From Mobula hypostoma (lineage: Eukaryota), in assembly GCF_963921235.1 (NCBI RefSeq), contig NC_086106.1, positions 24,490,001 to 24,554,000 on the forward strand: a DNA stretch of 64,000 bases, in the 5' to 3' direction. Below, piece after piece: positions 1-12,120 of the stretch. The position numbers and the translations under genes were made by a program. Under the pieces are notes generated by a model that did not search any database, had not been told where the DNA came from, and saw only the letters and a program-made list of their open reading frames with translations. Positions within the stretch are counted from its first letter, which is position 1, and each line of letters begins with the position of its first letter.

Positions 1-197
1 GCAGTGGAGGTGAATTCTCTGGATTATTTCAAGAAAGAGTTAGATAGAGATCTTAAAGATAGCGGTGTCAAGGGATATGTGAAGAAGTCAGGAACAAGGT
101 ACTGATTGTAGATGTTCAGCCATGATCTCAGTGAATGGTGGTGCTGGCTCGAAGGGCCGAAAGGCCTACTGCTGCACCTATTGTCTATTGTCTATTA
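1..197 (+). mobile_element. CR1-type LINE 3' end with short tandem-repeat tail
   Basis: 3' UTR motif gatgttcagccatgatctcagtgaatggtggtgctggctcgaagggccga, ending in (tattgtc)n; the same 3' end recurs at ~35350-35445 and ~31560-31657. Confidence 0.8.
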
Positions 198-224
198 AGA
201 CAGGCATATATAAAGTGAACAGAC

Positions 225-560
225 ATTCTCGAGGTTTGAAATGTATGACACCAGAGTGCAAGCATAGAAGATGAGACGTGGAAGGCTCAAAAAGGATAGG
301 AAAAGTAAGCAGTTTACTCAAAGAGCGGTGAATGTTTGGAATGCACTAGCTGGTATATGGGTAGACAGAAATACATTAGAGGCTTTTAAGAGACATTTGC
401 ACAAGCAAATTTTTATAACGAAGATGGAGGTGGGATATAATCACGGTGTAGGTAAGAGGGATTAGTGTTCGTGTATCTTTGATTTGTTATTTACCTAGTT
501 CGGCACAATATAATGGGCCAAATAGACATTATGTGCTGTACTGTTCGAGGTTCTATGTTA
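225..560 (+). mobile_element. Degraded CR1 LINE 3' fragment
   Basis: ORF 271-465 resembles the CR1 ORF2 C-terminus (FTQRAVNVWNAL...LEAFKRHL). Confidence 0.65.
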
Positions 561-759
561 AATGATTCGTTATATCCCTCTGCTAGGAGATTTCTGAATA
601 GACATTCAACTCATTAAAGCTACCCCATTACTTTTGAATTTCTATTTCTCGTGTTACCTCTTCAATATATAATATATAATTACTAAAATTTACTGTATTT
701 TCTCTATTATTATGTATTGTGCACCTCTCATTATGTGTAAGCAAGATTAAGGAATAGAT

Positions 760-1100
760 GTTGACTTCAGCAGTAAGGAAGCAGGGGTCTATGAGCCAGT
801 ACTCATCGGAGGATTTAATGAGAGGAAAAGACGGTAACTTTAAATTTCTGCGTGTCTCTATCTCAGAGGACCTGTCTTGGACCTATCATATAATTAAAAT
901 GGCAAAGATAACGATTCTATGTCCTTGGGAGTCTGCAGAGCGCAACGACTAGCTTACAACCCCTCTAACACCACGCTCTAGAAGAAAGGATGATAATTGC
1001 AATCATCTATTAAGATGTTTCCACAACGAATGACCTCCCGTTAGGTAACTTATTATCACGATCTTTCATCCTCTCGTTATTTATTGCTATTGATCTTTAT
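760..1100 (+). mobile_element. Rex1/L2-clade LINE RT C-terminal fragment
   Basis: Translation FKFLRVSISEDLSWTYH resembles the FKFLGVxISEDLSW motif of these LINEs. Confidence 0.6.
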
Positions 1101-1344
1101 TTGACTCTGCACAGGTTGTTATCTATTCTGCTCTTGTTCTTTTATTGATGCTGCTTACAATTGTCATTCCATAGATTTGCTGAGGTTTCACGCAGCAAAA
1201 TAACCTCAGGGCTATATGTGGTACAGACAGAGTCCAACATATCTGTGCTCCGATAATAAATTTTACTTTGCAATTCTGATCCTTGTATTGCATTCTGCTG
1301 CCGCCGCATAGTTGACAACTTTGACAACATATTTCGTGATATTA

Positions 1345-1830
1345 AATATGATTCTGATCTTGTTTCTGAAAGGCATATCATATGAGGAATGTTTGATGGC
1401 ACTCGGCCTGTTCACAATATGAATTCAAAAAATATGAGTGTGGAGTGATCTGATTGAACCTAATCGAGCGTTAAACGGCTTCCAGAGAATGCGTGTGGAG
1501 AGGATGTTGCCTCTGGTTCGGGGGTGTAAGTTCAGAGGACAGAAACTCAGAATAGTGAAATATCCATTTTGAACGGAGAAGATGAGAATCTATTGAGCAA
1601 CGGAATTGAGAATCTGTGGAACCCGTTGCCATAGGCAGCTGTGGACGGCAGGTCATCGGGTATACTGAAGGGTGAGGGTGATAGATACAGGTCATGATGG
1701 CATATTAGGAAAGGACAGGAAATTTGGATTGTTGGAGAAATAGAACAGAAATAATGAAATAGCTGATTAGACTGAATGGCCCGAATGGCTTAAATCTGCT
1801 ACTAAGTATATAACGTATGCTTGTGCGATG
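1345..1830 (+). mobile_element. Degraded CR1 LINE 3' fragment
   Basis: Resembles the ends of other CR1 copies in the window (tatgaggaatgtttgatggcactcggcctg...gaatggcccgaatggc). Confidence 0.6.
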
Positions 1831-2215
1831 GATTTTGAGGAACCATTTAATTTGCATGTCTCTGTCAGTCAGTGGGTGCCGTCCCGAATCTGGGGTTGGC
1901 TGCTGTGCGGCTCCATCTTTTCAGATCGTGCGACAAACACCGAATGCAGCCTCTCCTCCAGTTTGTTCTCGCTGGCCGCTTTGGCACCGCCTGCCGACAG
2001 CCGTCCCCCCCCCCCCCCCCGCCCCCAACGAATTCGTGCCCGAGGCCGTGTTGTCCTCCAGCCGCGGCAGCTTTTTCGAGCTCGGCCTTTCCTTAGGCGG
2101 AGGCCTTAGGGAGGTCCGGGCACACGGTGCAGCGCGCAAGTTCATCCTGTCTCTTCTAACTAAGTGCACAGCATTCGATTCGAAGATACGTGGTGGGGCT
2201 TTAATCTCTTCCACG

Positions 2216-2530
2216 TGTTACGTACCCCGTAACTGGGTTGCCAAACCAACAGAAATGGACCACTTAGTTGGAGTCTGGATTACTGGAACTAAGAAAGTTT
2301 TATTAAAGAAATAAGCAACACAGTACTCTAATCAAAAGGATAATAAATGCAAAAGTTCAGCAATGATAAACACACATGTACACAGAACTGGGATAATAGG
2401 ATCAATCAAGCTCTATCGCCGTCTAGGGGCAAATGACCAGTTTCAAGTGACGCAAAGTCCAGTTCAATTGGGTTCAGTTCAGTTCACAGTAATCACTGTT
2501 GTGCCGTTCAACGCGCAAGGTGGTGCAGCC
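2216..2530 (-). mobile_element. Partial Gypsy LTR (family A)
   Basis: Starts tgttacgtaccccgtaactgggttgccaaacc, near-identical to the LTR termini at 27983 and 30472. Confidence 0.8.
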
Positions 2531-4249
2531 AATCACTGATTTTGTGATGGTATTTATGTTATTATAGATTACTTTACTATGTCCACGATAAATTAAATCT
2601 CACGGTTCTATGTGGTGATATATGTGTATTTTGGCTATACATTTGCTATAAACTTTGTAGTTTGTTTAAGAGACTAAAATGAGGGTCATGCATTATCAAG
2701 GATTGTCGGACCAAACCAACATGGAAGAGTTGTGTATTCAATGAGGAAGCCATGAGAAATTAAACGTAGTATTGTTAAAGTGTTTTTAAGGAATGTACAT
2801 GGCAGTTAAATGGAGAGATAACTGTGTGCCGGCTGTTATTGTGAAACTAGCACCTGCTCAAATGGTTGCGATTTTTGAAGTCAAATGCGGATAATGCATA
2901 CAAGCTATGGGGATCACGTTTTAATTACTGTATTGATGGCAGTCACCGAACTAGTGTAACATCGGTGGACGCAATTTGTGTGATAAGGCGGAAAACGAGG
3001 AATATTCTTCACCTGAAAGTTATAGAAAGCGTGAGCTTCATGCGATTGAGAAAAGTGCAACTTAATGAGTTTGATTTTACAGAGATAATTTTCAAAATTC
3101 AATAAGTTTACTATCAAAGTACACATATATATATATAGTTACTCTATGGTATCTTGATAATGATTTTACTGCGAGTATTCACAGGAAAATAAAGAAATGC
3201 ATCCTGGCCCCAATTATTTATCAACATTAAAAACAATAAATAACCAGAGGGCAGAGACCTCCAGTTACTGAAGAAAACTTCATCCATCACCCACTAGTAC
3301 CGGACTACTACCGGGCTAATTATAATCCAATCTTCCATTTGCCTTTTGATCCGATGAAAACCAACTGTCCGGGTGCTGGAACAGGCATCCAATCGCCGGC
3401 CCGGTACTGTGCACACAGTGATGTTAATTAAGTAACAAATCCTGACCAAACAAATTCTCCGCCAAAGTTCAGGCAGAGAGCAAGACATCCAGAGAAATCC
3501 AAAAATGTGCATACATCTTCCGTCTCAGGATAACTCCAGCCATCTAAAATCTCACTGATGCTCTCTGGAGTTCAGCCCCTTGCCTGTTTGCGCACTCTTC
3601 TGCTTTAGCAATGACATTGCAGAGCCATGCTCCAGCCCCCACCGCTCTTCCCCGAACCTAACTTGCAGCTGGAGATGAAGCTTATAACTCTGGTAAAATT
3701 TGGGCATTTTCCTCCCCATTTGTCCATACTTAAGAGGATGCAGAGGTCAGATCTGTATACTTGTTTCATTAAAGCACTCAATAAGATCCTCAATTCCTCA
3801 TCCTCATTAATTCTCATCTCTTTCTAGAATGTAAGACTGATTTCCTACATTTCCTTAATTTTTGTTATTTTCTTCAACGTAAAAACTGTAGTTAATATTC
3901 ACCAAAACTGTTCACGATTTCGGTTTTCTTTATATATCCTAGACACAGATGGATACCTACTTCTGCATTGGAACAAATTCTACCCTTACCTCGCTTTTTC
4001 TCTGCACATACCAGAGAATTCATTTGAATGCTGTTTCGCGTCACAAGCCAGAAAAGTCCAATATTTCATGTACGCCAACCTACTTATGTACTACATGCCC
4101 CCTTACCCTTTATCTGGTCATAAAATGATTTATCAGATCCTAACAGCATTTGTATACTGTAAGCATTTTTTAAAACAAATTGTCATTGACATTGGTGTAA
4201 CACTGTTCGCTAAACCCATCACTCAACAGGCAGAAAAAGTCCCCAGTTC

Positions 4250-4740
4250 TTCACATCACATTTCCTCCCATTATGACGATAGCTCTTCTCCAGCATACAA
4301 TCCCGCTAGAACAACCACTGCAATGGCTCTAAAATTTGTTCTGTTGCGGTTCAGGACCTGAACCTTTGAAATGGCCGTTCCTCTCTGCCTGACCGATTTA
4401 AACTATTCGCACTTCGAATTGTGATATGATGACACATTCGTTATTAGTTGGGCAACATTATAACGGGTTGCACTTCCGACACGTGTGGAGTAGCCAATGC
4501 ACTATATTCGGAAATGCCTTAGAAAGTCGTCAATCCTGTCAGGTCCGTCACGGATACTTGTTTCCACATCATCCAGGACACTTTCAAAAGCCGATCCCTC
4601 AAAAAGGCAGCATCCATCTTAAAGAAACACCATCATCCGTGTCATGTCATTTTCTTGTTACTGCCATCAAGGATTTATCGGAGCCTGAAAACACATACTT
4701 AATTTTTGAGGGACAGCTTCTTCCCCTGAATAGATAATAA
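4250..4740 (+). mobile_element. Rex1/L2-clade LINE 3' fragment
   Basis: Frameshifted translation resembling KKAASILKxxHHPxHxxFSLLPS...YRSLKTHT, typical of these ORF2 C-termini. Confidence 0.65.
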
Positions 4741-6289
4741 ATGTAGAAAGACTACCTCAGCATTTTCCCCATGTTTCTGCATTACCTTTTTTTTTCCTTT
4801 TTATATCAAAATTCTTACTGTAATTTATAGTTTCATGATAATATTTGCAATGGAATGCTGCAGATACACAACACATTTCGCGACGTAGTAAACTTGATTC
4901 GGAATTTGATTCTAATGTTATGACATCTGCTTCTACCCGAAGTGCAGTTTCTCTGCGCTGACGCAAACTCAGTCACTGCAATAAAACCGGCTCTTTGAAA
5001 TCTGTGTTTTGCAAATAACGTGGAAATCAATTCTCATGGAATGTACTAATAATTGTGCAAATACACTGGAGCGATAGAGTTCAGGGAGGCATTGCTTCAT
5101 TCAGTTCATCTTCATATTCATATTTCCATGGCATGTCCCATACTCGCAAAGATCCTGGACCACAGTGGCTTTTGAAATATATATGAAAATGTCATTTTCG
5201 AGTTATATTGTTTAATAGGTGCTCAGCTGTTGTTTCTGTAAGGCCCAGTCGTAATAACAAAATGGATTGATTAAAATAACCCGGAGCTAAAGACTTGTTT
5301 GGAATACAAATTCACAGGAAGGTGGTCTCCTACACCACAGGTTAAATTTAGAGGTTAAATTGGGAAATTCTGGGTACCATATTTGGAGCGGAACTCTCGG
5401 AGCTGTAAGTTGTTATTTGGAAATATAAGAAATTCTCTCCTATATGCATTCGGATAGAAACTGATGTTAATGTATCTTGTTATCTCTCACACTGGGGTCA
5501 TTGTCTGATCAGTGGAAACTCATGGATGTTTGTTAGAAGCTTATTTTATCATATATCCGTACAAACCATTTCAAACCATCCAAAGGAATGTCCTGAATAG
5601 ATAAAACTAATGATTTATTGCATCGTAAAATTACTAGAATTGGGAAAACAGTGAAGTGGACTATAGCCTATGAAATTCAGGGTGGTGAAATGTAGTGCAT
5701 TTTCGTGGAAGATTGAAAAGTGCAACAAACTATCGTTTGAATATTCAAAAAACCTGAATTGACGAACTTCATTAAATGTGGTGGGACAGTTCGAGGAAGG
5801 AATCATACCTAGATGTTGGTTTTAACACGATATAATTGTAAATAAGAACAAGGATGTAACGATTAAAATTGGAAACGTAATGATGAAGCTACCGTTGTTA
5901 CAATGTGTTAAATTCATGTCTCCAGAATATTGCAATAAATAGGATCTGTGGGAAATTCGGGTGCATTGATGCAAGGAAGACAGACGATGATCTCAATCCA
6001 TTGCATGGGAAAGCAGAGCACTGAATTGTATTATGTGCAGTCTGGTCAGAATAGATTTTGTTTTTTTTTTGCGAACACCGTTGGAAGTTAAAAATGTAAA
6101 GAAGAAATAAAGATTTTTTTTTTTTTGCCGTGACGAATTTAGAATGGAGTGAAACGCTTGAAGAAGGCGATGAGTCGGAGTTTATTGGCCAAACGCAGTT
6201 ACAGAACATGTGATAGTTGTTTTTTTTTTTTTAATATGAAAGTGTGAAGAGGTGTCCGGTCTCGACTTAGCAGATTTTGCTAGAAAGTG

Positions 6290-6545
6290 GCTTTGCAGAC
6301 ATAGAGTCATACAGGCATAAGAATGCAGAGCACAGAAATAGGCATTTTGGTCCATCTAGACCGCGCAGAACTATCCAAATTGTCTACTCTCATCGAATTT
6401 CACCGGAACCATCGCCTTCCTGGATTTCGACAATTAGTCACTACATCCAATCTATTTACTCAAACCCAAAATATTCCCAGGGAAAGCTAATCTGAATGGT
6501 TCTTCTATGATCGGAATTTTGAAGGATAATTTAACTTTCTTCTTT
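6290..6545 (-). mobile_element. CR1 LINE 3' end
   Basis: Reverse-complement CR1 3' UTR with a catagagtcata-type tail. Confidence 0.55.
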
Positions 6546-7020
6546 GAAAACACCCATTGATAGCTGAAGGTTCCAGGATAACTCCCATTCCCCTTCCTTC
6601 CAAGGAAAGGGTTTCCTATCGGCAGTCGCATGGGTCCTAGCTATGCCTGTCCGTTTATCGGCTATGTGAAACAGTTTATGTTCCAAGCCTACATTGGTGA
6701 CAATCCCTCACTTTTCCTACGCTGCACGGACGACTGCATTGCTTCTATATCATGCACCCGTCGACTACATACACTTTCCCCTCTTTCACTTCATCTCACC
6801 AATCAACAGCCCAGCTCTTTAACGGAACCGCCACTCCCACCCTTACAGGTTTCACACATATGGTTGTCTTCTCTACCATCCCTCCACCACTTGAATCTAC
6901 TTCTCAACTATTTTTCTCCAGTCCTGCCGACGGGTTTCGGCCCGTATTTAGACTGTTCTCTTTTTTTTTTTCCATAGATGCTGCCTGGTCTGCTGAGTTT
7001 CTTTAGCATTTTGTGCGTTT
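6545..7020 (+). mobile_element. Penelope-like element RT fragment and terminus
   Basis: MGPSYACPFIGYVKQFMFQAY...LFLRCTDDCI resembles the Penelope RT AMG and RYxDD motifs; the terminus gatgctgcctggtctgctgag is shared with other copies. Confidence 0.75.
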
Positions 7021-7719
7021 CCCGTTTATTCTCTGAGTTGCCGCTTTTGCAGCACCATTAGGAATAAAGACGATTCTGCAGATAGAGATAAAATGAGCAG
7101 TAACATTACCTACTCTTGTTTCTTGGGGCTGTTGAGCTTTCCGTCTCTTTCCGCCACTTTCCTTTTCTTCCCCACAGTGATCTATAATATCTTCTTATCT
7201 AATTTCCTTTCTCCTTCCCTTTCTGCTTTGGACTGCTGTCTTCGCCTATCAGATTGATTCCTTTCCAGCCCTTTATCTTTCCAAAACACTTGACTTCACC
7301 TGTCCCCTTTTTACTATCCTCCTTCCACTCTCCCAGCATTTTCCTGGCGTTTTCCTTTTCCTTTTCATTCTTCAAGAAGGACTTGGTTTGTTCATTCATT
7401 TCCGTCAAAACTACCTGAGCTGCAGTTTTCCTCCAGCCTATTGTGTGCATTGCTGTCTAATTAAACGTCTGTTTTATTGGATTTGGACGTTCTTCACGAA
7501 GTTCAGCACTGCTCGGAGGCATTTCATTCTTAATACCAGGAAGTCCCTTCTGAGTTTCCAGCAGTTGTTCCTCTGAACGCTGGTTTTCACCCTTCATACG
7601 TCTCTACTTTTATAGTACATTTAAAGCTGGGATGAAATTTAATTATTTAATATCATTCGTTTCGAGGGAACTGTATGTGCTTTTGTAAGTTCCCGGTCTC
7701 TTCTTTCACTTTCTCCCAG

Positions 7720-8670
7720 TGAACCTGTTGAACCTGCTGCCCCTTGGAACGTCCGCGCTCTCCAGATGTATCACTTGTTACCTGGTGGTGATGGTGACAG
7801 CGAACATCTCGGTGATTACCTGCAAGACGAATTTGCACCACATTGCCGATTTTTATTGGAGGCAATTATTCTTGTTCTGCACTCCCGTGTGTTGGACAAT
7901 TCTCTTCCTATCTGCTGCGACTATCGACTTTTCTGTTTGGTTCACGGACGCTTTACCTTTGATCGATTTGTGGTTATTTCCACTCCGAAAATGGAAAGAA
8001 AATATTGCACATAGAGAACGGCGTTGGTGCTTCTTGCGAGACTGAGGCATCTTCTGTTTTAAGAACGTGCTCTGGCCTTTTGCTTAGGTAGCATATTCCA
8101 TTAGTATAAAAAAAAGTGTGCTGTTGTCGTATATTGCCGATATTTTATGTTTATCCGGCATAGCTTGCATTTTCTTGGATGGACCAGCTTTTAACTCACA
8201 TGATTCCATTCTGTTCAATTGTATTGCTCAATGTGCTCACCGACCGACGAATTTTGGTAGCTAATCGAGTCCGCAGAACGCTTCGGGACAACAGCACTGG
8301 GTATCCCGAAATTACGAAACGTAGGAAGTCTATCATTTCGTTCTTTGCAATATCTAGCAGATTTATTCTCCTCTGGACTACAAGTCTTGCATATTTTATT
8401 TACTATCGAGCGTGGATGGCGTTTTTTGTCCAGAAGATAATGAAACGATTTGGAAGAAATGACCAATCTGCCATTGTGCTTCAGATGCTCAGCTGGTGCA
8501 CAAACATGGTCATTTACACCACGACCGAGAGAAAGTTCAGAGGGAATCTGTTCCGACTGCTCAAATACTCCTCCGTTTTAATTACATATTTAGTGAAATT
8601 AAGTTTACTTTTGTTTTGTAGAAACGTCACCCGGAAAACCGACGATAGTAACCGTCAGATTATTCGGTGA
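7720..8670 (+). pseudogene. GPR139-like class A GPCR pseudogene (main coding exon)
   Basis: Acceptor ttctttcactttctcccag at 7718-19. Translation across frameshifts: NLL...LSRCITCYLVVMV (TM2); TIDFSVWFT / FTFDRFVVI..KMERKYCT (TM3, DRF); IPFCSIVLLNVLTDRRILVANRVRR (TM5); KRRKSIISFFAISSRFILLWTT (TM6); LQMLSWCTNMVIYTTTERKFR (TM7/helix 8). Several stops and frameshifts. Family assignment is from recalled motif similarity, not a search. Confidence 0.85.
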
Positions 8671-8733
8671 TAAAGGAGTTTGAAAAAATAGGGTTAGTTT
8701 TCTCTAGTTAAAAAAAAAGTAAAATCATAACTG

Positions 8734-8775
8734 AGACGTCACTGACGTCACAAATTGGCGAAGTGTGATATAAAT
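8734..8775 (+). promoter_or_regulatory. Tandem CRE-like sites plus ATTGG and TATA-like box
   Basis: AGACGTCA 8734-41, perfect TGACGTCA 8743-50, ATTGG 8754-58, TATAAAT ~8769-75. Confidence 0.4.
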
Positions 8776-8931
8776 AACTCGTTGCCCTCATTAAAGTCGC
8801 GGCTTGAAATTGGGGGGCGACTTCGCGGATACGGAGAGTGAAGGAGTCAGCAGTTGCCGATGTGCTGGTTTCAACAATTGTCAAGTCATTTGGAGGAAAA
8901 CGATGGAATTTGACCGATCATTGAAAGGATT

Positions 8932-9223
8932 TGATACGTACCCCGTAACTGGGTTGTCAAACCACCAGAAATGGAACACTCGTTGGAGTCTGTGATTACA
9001 AGAAACTAATAAAGTTTTATTAACAAAAGTAACTAATACAGTACACTTAATGCACGGATATAAATGTAACAGGTTAGCTATGATAGTATACACATATATA
9101 CAGAAATACGGTAATAGGAATCAACCAAGCTCTATCGCAGTCAAGGGGTAAAATGATCAGCTTAAAGAGAAGCAGATTTCAGTTCAGTCTACTGCAGTTC
9201 GAAGTAATCGCTGTTGTTGTACC

Positions 9224-9260
<37 letters not shown>

Positions 9261-9720
9261 GATTTCAGGCAAACCTTTAGATGCTGTGGTCACCGAATGT
9301 GACCCCTCAGTTCCGGATGCGACCGTTCTTCCGATCGTACCTTTACACCCTGTGAGCCTCTGGCCGATGCCCGCGAATCTGTCCTCCAAACTCCCACCAA
9401 CTTGTGAGGCACAATGCTCTTTCCAGGGTCTCGTGGCTTGTGTCTTGTGCCTTAGGAAACCCGCTTGTTTTATCCCCCTGATGGGGTATCACCTGCCCAT
9501 CAAACTTCACACTTCCTATTGTCTCAGCAGGATTGTTAATGAACAGTTCAGGTTCAAAGCAAACTGTCTGTGGCAGACGCCAACATCTGAATTATGGGTC
9601 TCTCTCTCGTTATTTCTGTCTTCTCTCTTATTAGTGTTTTGAATGGCTCTCCGTTTTCACTCGTTATCTCTCTCATTAAAATCATCCGTTCTGCAGCTCT
9701 GCTTGGCTTCACACATGACA
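8932..9720 (-). mobile_element. Solo Gypsy LTR (family A) with internal (GA)n
   Basis: tgatacgtaccccgtaactggg start and colinear similarity to 27983-29076; (GA)n at ~9228-9258; no clear TSD. Confidence 0.75.
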
Positions 9721-10489
9721 GGTTCTATAAATATAAATAAATCAGCTATTTGTGCTAATTGGGATATTTTTGGAGATCATTAGATTAGTGACATAACTGC
9801 AACATCCTCAGTAATATTTTCACAACCCTGTTTCTCTAAGAGTCTCAGTTATCTCAGATTTAGATGTTACATATGGCTTGGTGATAAACTGCTTTTTTGA
9901 ATAGTCGATACCTGTATAATTGACATTCTCATCATTAAATGTTTCGTTCTGCTGCCCTCATTTCGAGAAATAGATTCGGTATGGCTTGATCAGCAGCTCT
10001 GCTAATCTTTGTTTTGCATCATCTACTAAGCCAAAACTAAGCATTTAAATCGAGAAACAGAACACTGCCACGTTAACATCGCAAAGTGCAATTCGAGTGC
10101 TCCCGTGATACATTGTAGGTTGTTTAGTCGTAACAAAATGTAAGCGTTCTTCGTTGCATGTAACCGATGTTTATTTTCGTTGCTAACGTCCAGATTCCCA
10201 TACCATATGGTTAGAGGTGGAAGCATGTCGCAATTCAATTCGTCTATCTTAATTTTCCCTCACGCCAAAGCAACCGTGACTGTTAAATTAATACCGTTAA
10301 CTTACTTGAATTGATTGAGCTAAAGGATGCTGTAGTAGTCATGACATGATGATTTAATGGACAGTCGAAATAAGGAAACGTTCCCCGCTTATTTGGGGAA
10401 CAATTGCAATGGGAGTTCATGAGAGGATGCGATTATTTAAGCAATCTACCCTTCATATATTCCCTACCACGTTCTGATAGGTGGAAGCG

Positions 10490-11110
10490 TAACAATTGAA
10501 CGAGAGGGAGGAAGAGTGGAAGGAGGGAGATGGAGGGAATGTGGACAGTGGTAGGGAGTGCCCCAGGGCGGGAAGGGAGGACTATTGTGTAAAGGAGGGA
10601 TTGAGCAAGAGAGGGTAGGATGTAGTGTCGTGGGAGAAAGGAAGAGCGTAGCGATGGGTTGCATCGAGGTCGGCAGCGATTTCGGAATCTCAGTCGCTGC
10701 GGGACATTTGTGGGGGATGCTTGTAATATATCTACAGTCACCCACCACATCTAATCATTGCCATTATCATACACAGGAAGGTGTGTGTGTGGGTGAGGAG
10801 ATGTTGTGGCACTGAGCAAAGTACAAGTTGTTATCACCACAGTGTTCCTGTATCCTGTATTTTCTAACACAGCAAGAGCAGATAGGCTGCTTTTCTGACG
10901 TGTGGATGTGCGAAGGAAAGAATTGAAGGGAAACATACGAGGAATATGAGGAGGAGAGAGGGAGAGAGGGAGAAAGAGGGGGAAAGTGAAAAAAAGAGAA
11001 AGGGAGATAGAGGGGAGGGTGAGAAAAGAAGAGAGTGAGCGAGATGCACAAAGAGAAAGAGAGGGCGAGAGAGAGATGGCAACGGAGAGGAGAGACAGAG
11101 CGATAATTAA
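10490..11110. repeat. Purine-rich GA low-complexity tracts
   Basis: Two long A/G-biased stretches (~10490-10640 and ~10900-11110). Confidence 0.6.
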
Positions 11111-11319
11111 AGGGCGTCGATAACTGTCCTTGACGCAAGTATGTGGTAATGGCCAAAGTGCAGAGGGAGATAAACGAAAGCGGATCAACAGTTCAACGAG
11201 TCCAATCAGAAGGGTGCATGATAAAGGAAAACAACAATCGTTGGCCAACAGGGCCGTGAACTACAGCAGTAAAACTGAAAGTTTAAGCCAGTACTGCGGA
11301 CAACACAAAGATGATTCGA

Positions 11320-11960
11320 GAGGCAAGTAGTGTTGAGGAAACAGGGAGACTGCAGAAGGACGGAGCTAGATTTTGAGATTGGACAGAGCAGTGGTAAAAT
11401 GAATATACTGTCGAGATGTGTATGGTCATGTATTTTGGTAGAAGGAAGAAAAGCGGAGACTATTTTCTAAAAGTGAGAAATTCAAAAACCTCTCAAAAAC
11501 CTAAGTTGCAAATGGACTAGGGAATCTTCGTGGACGATTCAGTAAAGCTTAATTTGCAGGTCGAGTCAGTGGTGAGACTGGAAATTTAATGTTAGCATGC
11601 ATTTCGAGGGGACAAGTTTATAAACCGAGGATGCAATGCTAAGATTTTACAAGGCACTGTTAAGGCCTCACTTGATGCATTCTGCGCAGTTCTGGGCCTT
11701 ATGTAAGAATAATTCTGGGACTATGAGGATTATCGTAGGAGGAGCGACCGATGGCTCTGGGCCTTTATACTTTGGAATTTGGAAGAATGAGTAGCTATCT
11801 CACTGAAGCCTATGAAATGTTGAAAGGCCTAGATAGAGTGGATATGGAGAGTATGTTTCCTAAGGTGGACGTGGGAAGTGTTTAGGATGTGAGTACACCG
11901 CCTCATAACGGAGGATGTCTATTTAGAATCGAGATGGGAGCGCATTTCTTTAGCCGAATA
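11320..11960 (+). mobile_element. Degraded CR1 ORF2 RT C-terminal fragment
   Basis: Colinear with the CR1 copy at ~57340-57960. Confidence 0.7.
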
Positions 11961-12120
11961 GTAAAAGTCATAGTCAGAGAACAGCTGAACAGTTAATCCG
12001 GCCCTTAGGAGCTCAGTTAGATATCGGGATCGCGCAAGAAGCCATACTGACTATCCTGAATCAGGCCTTAACTATCGAAATACGTAACTGTCTGGTCCCT
12101 CAGAACCTTCCAATTTTTTT

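Noticed and set aside
3401-3455. TAC TGT GCA CACAGTG (YCA plus heptamer) on plus
   Set aside because: No nonamer at 12 or 23 nt, and the upstream frame lacks V framework spacing.
3200-3830. Scattered V/J-like words (H*YR, SLMLSGVQP, FGHF)
   Set aside because: Spacing is incompatible with one Ig domain and there is no FGxG motif.
5350-5650. FLYFQITT...ESSA resembling V FR3 on minus
   Set aside because: Single weak motif; no Cys, Trp or RSS.
7199-7450. Lys/Glu-rich 83-aa ORF
   Set aside because: Compositional product of a pyrimidine-rich strand; no recognisable family.
10838-10880. CACAGTG with possible 23 spacer
   Set aside because: Poor nonamer, low-complexity context, no V exon.
10751-11248. 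Long Leu/Ser-rich ORFs
   Set aside because: Translation of GA low-complexity sequence.
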